64,000 nt of DNA, from IMG/VR virus record IMGVR_UViG_3300002641_000714; one strand, given 5' to 3'. The translations under genes were made by a program, and so were the position numbers. Under the pieces are notes generated by a model. That model was not told the origin of the DNA and ran no database searches. It saw only the letters and a list, made by a program, of their open reading frames with translations. Below, piece after piece: positions 60,070-64,000 of this stretch (position 1 is its first letter; every line of letters begins with the position of its first letter). This stretch comes from a virus. Taxonomy: Duplodnaviria; Heunggongvirae; Uroviricota; Caudoviricetes.

Positions 60070-61188
60070 TTATAGTATTTGTCCATTAAGAACATCATTC
60101 AAATCAAGTGCCATTGACGGAGCTGCTTGTTTCGGAGCTTCTGCACCTGTATTAAGCAATGCGTCAACATCCGGAATATTAGTAGGTTGGAAACCCGTAG
60201 GAGATGTTTGTGCAATGCCAAGTCCGTCAAGTCCAAATTGTGGTGCAGGTGCAGCTGGCATTTGAGGAGTTACCGGTGCAGCTGGCATTTGAGGAAGTTG
60301 AACAGGTGCTTGTGCAGTTTGAGCTGCCATTGGTTGTGTTGCAACTTGTGGTACACCTGGATTTTGAGCAGCTGCTGCAGCTTGAATAGATGCTTGAGGA
60401 TTAGAATAAATTCGAATACACTCATTTACAAATTCTGTTTCCTCTGTAGTCCAAGGATGATATTCATACTTGTCTGTATCAGGTGCATTCTCTTTAAGAT
60501 AATTGAATACTGCAGCCTTACCTTGTTCTGTTGCAATAGTAGCGGTAGTTACTACAGAAATTTGGGGTTGGCCTTGTGCATTATTTACTACAATACGCAT
60601 ACCTGATTGCTCAAGAGCTAAATCAAAGAATTGACATGCATCATAATTTGGAAAACCGCTAACCTCTTTTACTTGAACACTAAATGGACGTCCGGTAAAA
60701 AGATTGAATGGATTGTGTCCTTCACCCATAGGAGGATTCATTTCAGCATTAATCTTTTCTAAAATTTTAATTCCATATTTCCAAACTAAAATCTTATTAA
60801 CAAGGCTTGGATCTGACTTACAAGAAATAACCTGAACAAGTGAAACACATTGTTGCTTACGTGAAAATTGTTTAGAATTCTCTTGAAGAATAGGATTAGC
60901 AGCATTACGAAGTGCAAAGAATGTGTTTTGAATTGGATCTTGTTGACCAACTGTTGAAGGACAATCAATGTTCTTTTTTACTTGTGAAACCGGGTGAGTC
61001 AAATAAGCATAATACTTAGTAATAATAGACTTGTTTGCCGGATCCTTTGGATTAGGGAGGAAGCGAACTACTGCTTCAAAAACTCCATTTTGTCCTTTTT
61101 TAGGATTAGGACGAAACTCTGTTAATTGTGTTGGTTGTTGTTCTTGAACAACTGGTTTTGCATTAAAAAAATCATCAAAATTTTGCAT
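60070..61188 (-). CDS. ssDNA-binding protein (T4 gp32-like) with a Q/A/P-rich C-terminal tail
   Basis: GVFEAVVRFLPNPKDP matches gp32 GQAVIRFLPSKNDE. VKEVSGFPNYDACQF matches VKQVSGFSNYDESKF. The C-terminus is low-complexity AQ/PA-rich and more GC-rich. Confidence 0.8.
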   Translation of the reverse strand: MQNFDDFFNAKPVVQEQQPTQLTEFRPNPKKGQNGVFEAVVRFLPNPKDPANKSIITKYYAYLTHPVSQVKKNIDCPSTVGQQDPIQNTFFALRNAANPILQENSKQFSRKQQCVSLVQVISCKSDPSLVNKILVWKYGIKILEKINAEMNPPMGEGHNPFNLFTGRPFSVQVKEVSGFPNYDACQFFDLALEQSGMRIVVNNAQGQPQISVVTTATIATEQGKAAVFNYLKENAPDTDKYEYHPWTTEETEFVNECIRIYSNPQASIQAAAAAQNPGVPQVATQPMAAQTAQAPVQLPQMPAAPVTPQMPAAPAPQFGLDGLGIAQTSPTGFQPTNIPDVDALLNTGAEAPKQAAPSMALDLNDVLNGQIL

Positions 61189-61434
61189 TTTAAATATAAA
61201 TTAATTTTTATTTTTTCGACTTAATAATTGTATAAAATATTTCAAAAAAGGTTTCAATAAAATTAAACTTAAACTTAAAAAATTCTTAATAAAATAAAAT
61301 TCAAAAATCTTAAATAAAATAAATCACTAAATCATTAAATCTAAACATCAAAACCAGTTGCAAGAACCAATAAAAAGTTCTGCGTTGGTTTGTCTGTTTT
61401 GTATATTATATTTATTTATAAAAATAAAGTTTAT

Positions 61435-62397
61435 TTACATATTTTTAATAACAGAATTTATGCGTTCTGTATGTTTTTTAATAATTGGATCATTTAAAAA
61501 CGGTTTATAATATCTGGCAAACCATGTATGATATGCATAAGGCTCATTCCTATCATTTAATAGAACTGTTGTTATACCGGAATTATCCATTTTTGTTTCT
61601 TTGTCAGTATATAAATCAGAGCCAAAGAAATAATATATTGGCATTTTAGTCGCAAAAACAACCGCTTCTTCAATTAAATAATATAGTTCCATATTTGTTT
61701 TGACATTATCTTTAAAAGAATATGGAATTTGATGCGGTTCATAATTATTAGTTGGGTCATTTCTAACTATAGATGCATGCGGAGGTTCTTGCTTAAAATT
61801 CTTTTCTCTGTATTCTTTTCCTAATTGAATCATATTATTAGCCGCATTATCTATAATATTATATAATTCACTATTTTTATATTCTTTAAGTTTATTTACA
61901 AATATCTGATATGGATTTGGAATTTGAGAAAAAACATTTAAATTATTTGTATATCTATCATAATTTTCTCTAATTGCTTTTATATTCCAAAAACTTAAAA
62001 AAGTATTTACTAATAATTTAGACTGATTCCTATGACAAATCATTCCGCCATCTTGCAATCCCGCCAAACAATAATTTCCTGATTTAAATTTATCAAATTC
62101 TTTTACTAATAACTCAATATTTTTTATAAAACAATCTTCATCAATATATATTGCATATTCAAAATATTCATATTGAGATTGTACAAGTGTAAATATCATT
62201 TCATTAAATGCTTTTAATCCGTAATATGGTTTATTATTTTTAAATCCCGGAATACAAATAAAACTATTATCTGGAATATAATCAATATATGTTTTTAAAG
62301 AATGTAAAAACAAAGAACCAGGAAATTCTGAAATACTATTAGTTACGAAACATACTTTGCTATCTGCAAAATATTGTTTAATTTCTTCTTTAGTCAT
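61435..62397 (-). CDS. Hypothetical protein, possibly a GT-A-like nucleotide-sugar transferase
   Basis: 320 aa with a DxD-like YIDEDCF. The assignment is weak. TAA stop. Confidence 0.35.
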   Translation of the reverse strand: MTKEEIKQYFADSKVCFVTNSISEFPGSLFLHSLKTYIDYIPDNSFICIPGFKNNKPYYGLKAFNEMIFTLVQSQYEYFEYAIYIDEDCFIKNIELLVKEFDKFKSGNYCLAGLQDGGMICHRNQSKLLVNTFLSFWNIKAIRENYDRYTNNLNVFSQIPNPYQIFVNKLKEYKNSELYNIIDNAANNMIQLGKEYREKNFKQEPPHASIVRNDPTNNYEPHQIPYSFKDNVKTNMELYYLIEEAVVFATKMPIYYFFGSDLYTDKETKMDNSGITTVLLNDRNEPYAYHTWFARYYKPFLNDPIIKKHTERINSVIKNM

Positions 62398-62494
62398 TTA
62401 ATTAAAAATATATTTTATATTATAAAACAAAATTATTGATTGGTTTTTCTATAAACATTAAAATAAATATTTTGATAATAAAATTTGACTTATT

Positions 62495-62514
62495 TTAGTT
62501 ACAGTGGTAACTAA
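62495..62514. promoter_or_regulatory. Perfect palindrome (possible operator) in a divergent intergenic region
   Basis: ttagttac-agtg-gtaactaa, 25 nt upstream of the phoH ATG, with the late-like motif aaaataaatattttgataataaaa just upstream. Confidence 0.35.
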
Positions 62515-62539
62515 ATTATCAAAATTATTTTAATTATAT

Positions 62540-63268
62540 ATGAGTGGAAAAAGTAAAAAAGTTCACGGAACTAAACAAACTTTAGAATTTGTTGAGGAAG
62601 AGAAAAAGCTTCATGTTAAACAAATTAAATGCATGAACCCTCGCCAAAAAGAATTTTTAAAATCTATCGAAACACATGAGGTAACCATTTGTTCTGGTAC
62701 ACCAGGTTCTGGAAAAACATTTTTATCTTTGTATTCATTTTTAAAAATGTTGGAGAAAAATCAAATAGAACAAATTTTACTAGTTAAATCAGTTACGCAA
62801 ATTCCTCATGAAGAAGTTGGATTTTTAAAAGGATCATTAGAGGACAAATTATCGCCATCAATGCAATCATACTTTCATAATATTGACAAATTAATTGGTG
62901 AAGAACAAAGAAAAAAATTAATAGCGCAGAACAAAATTAAAGTTGTTCCATTAGCATTTATACGTGGTTGTCAATTTGATAATGCTGGATTAATAATGGA
63001 TGAAGTTCAGAATATTACAATGGATATATTTAAATCTTTAATAACACGTATTGGTTATAATAGCAAATATATATTTCTTGGAGATATAGAACAATGTGAT
63101 TTGCATAATAAAAAAGATGAAGCATTATCAAAAATAATAAAAATTTTTAATGATGATAAAAATATTGGTATTATATAGTTTAATGATGAAGATTGTGTTA
63201 GAAATCCAATTATTCCTAAAATATTATAGAAATTAAGAAATTATGAAAATGAAAATAAAATGAAATAA
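62540..63268 (+). CDS. phoH: PhoH-like ATPase (2 in-frame TAGs)
   Basis: Walker A ICSGTPGSGKTF, then IRGCQFDNAGLIMDEVQNIT and LGDIEQCDL. The track ORF ends at the TAG at 63176. Read-through gives NIGII-Q-FNDEDCVRNPIIPKIL, which matches the conserved PhoH C-terminus (..DVVRHPLV..). A second TAG and then a TAA at 63266-63268. Confidence 0.8.
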
Positions 63269-63291
63269 ATATTAAAATATAATTTATTTTT

Positions 63292-63405
63292 CTCCCTACA
63301 TAAACTTAAAAAATAAATTATATATAATTTTTAAATGTTTTTATTTGTTAAAATTATATTTTTAGAAGTAGGGAGCTTTAAATATAATAACAAATAAAAA
63401 CATTT
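63292..63405 (+). promoter_or_regulatory. Interleaved inverted repeats upstream of the GIY-YIG gene
   Basis: A=ctccctac (63292-63299) pairs with A'=gtagggag (63368-63375). B=aaatgtttttatttgtt (63333-63349) pairs with B'=aacaaataaaaacattt (63389-63405). They are arranged A-B-A'-B'. Confidence 0.35.
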
Positions 63406-63433
63406 TATTTTATAAAAATTAATTATTAAATAT

Positions 63434-64000
63434 ATGATAAAAGAAGCCTACGTTTATTCATATGTGAATAAAATTACAAAGAAAACCTATATAGGTAGTA
63501 GAAGTGGATATAACACATCTGCCGAAGAAGATTTTAATATTAAATATAAATCATCTAGTAAAAATAAAGAATTTTTAAATGATATGAATAATAATTTATT
63601 GGATGGATATATTATATTAAAAATAAATTGTGAAAATTCTAATAAAAAAATAGTTCAAATAGAACATAAATTAATATAGGCATATTGGAATAAATTTGGT
63701 AAAGAAAATTCTTACAATAGATATTGCAATGGAAATTTTAGTATGGCTGGACATAAACATTCAGAAGAAACCAAAGAAAAATGGTCAATACATCGCCGAG
63801 GAGAAAATAGTCCTACATTTGGAAGACATTTAACAGAAGAACAAAAATCCCATTTACGAACATTTTGTGGAGAAAAATCATCAATGTATGGTAAGAAACA
63901 TTCAAAAGAAGCATGTGAAAAAATAAGTAAAGCTTTAAAAGGCAGAACTTTTTCAGAAGAAACTAGACAAAAACTTAGTATTGCAGGAAAAAGTAGACAT
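63434..64000 (+). CDS. GIY-YIG homing endonuclease with NUMOD3 repeats (3' partial, at least 1 in-frame TAG)
   Basis: YVYSYVNKITKKTYIGSRSG is a GIY...YIG motif. After the TAG at 63677 the frame continues with repeated GxKHSEETKEKxS / GKKHSKEACEKISKALKG / RTFSEETRQKLSIAG NUMOD3-like units to the window end. Confidence 0.7.

Noticed and set aside
1-64000. tRNA or other structured RNA genes (including a suppressor tRNA-CUA)
   Set aside because: I inspected every intergenic region longer than ~80 nt (e.g. 17530-17646, 38553-38822, 57163-57300, 61189-61434, 63269-63433) and found no cloverleaf-compatible sequence with a GTTC-type T-arm. A suppressor tRNA, if present, is outside this window. I cannot run tRNAscan, so low-scoring candidates could be missed.
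1-64000. TGA-to-Trp recoding (code 4) as an alternative explanation
   Set aside because: TGA cleanly terminates many complete genes (e.g. 15847, 19470, 23037, 24890, 25468, 26557, and 57977 overlapping the next ATG). It also bounds the TAG-containing gene at 3904-3906. Only TAG shows sense usage.

Overview
This 64-kb window is strongly AT-rich and looks like part of a large T4-like or jumbo contractile-tailed phage genome. The sequence itself suggests a Bacteroidota host and genetic code 15 (TAG read as Gln), and the provided six-frame track, computed with the standard code, splits many real genes at in-frame TAG codons. Several recognisable gene homologues support a phage origin.

- **Gene homologues that point to a large phage:** a gp18-like tail sheath, a gp32-like ssDNA-binding protein, a gp46/gp47-like SbcC/SbcD pair, a gp42-like dCMP hydroxymethylase next to a gp1-like dNMP kinase, a family-B DNA polymerase C-terminal fragment, a DnaG/gp61-like primase, PhoH, an Rnl2-like RNA ligase, a CCA-adding enzyme, an RF2-like release factor, PncA and PncB (NAD salvage), and HNH and GIY-YIG homing endonucleases.
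- **Layout:** a long minus-strand block (about 5.3 to 38.5 kb, plus 43.5 to 48.5, 50.7 to 61.4 kb) consists of short transcription units, each separated by a GC-stemmed terminator hairpin followed by a conserved ~55-nt promoter-like motif that contains a Bacteroidota-type -7 element (TAATTTTG).
- **Plus-strand islands:** plus-strand islands at 3.4 to 5.3, 11.8 to 13.0, 39.6 to 43.5, 48.6 to 50.7, 51.9 to 52.4 and 62.5 to 64.0 kb sit behind a different upstream motif (AAATAAATATATTG ... ATAAAAAATAAT) that may be a late promoter. The structural genes on the minus strand share this motif. These are the genes that carry in-frame TAG codons.
- **TAG-as-Gln evidence:** TAG aligns with CAA/CAG in paralogs and with PhoH, sheath and NUMOD3-repeat homology.
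- **Paralog families with conserved N-terminal leaders:** one family has 6 members with an MKNYKQILEA...FALDDF...QGQ leader fused to DUF285-like or DUF1566-like domains. The other has 5 members with a KKALYESIMTSVAKEVKKTLNE leader. Both leaders contain (L/I)-x-E motifs resembling T4 prohead-protease capsid-targeting sequences. I interpret these hypervariable islands as packaged or ejected effector cargo proteins, an inference from sequence alone.

No tRNA, rRNA or CRISPR array was found.
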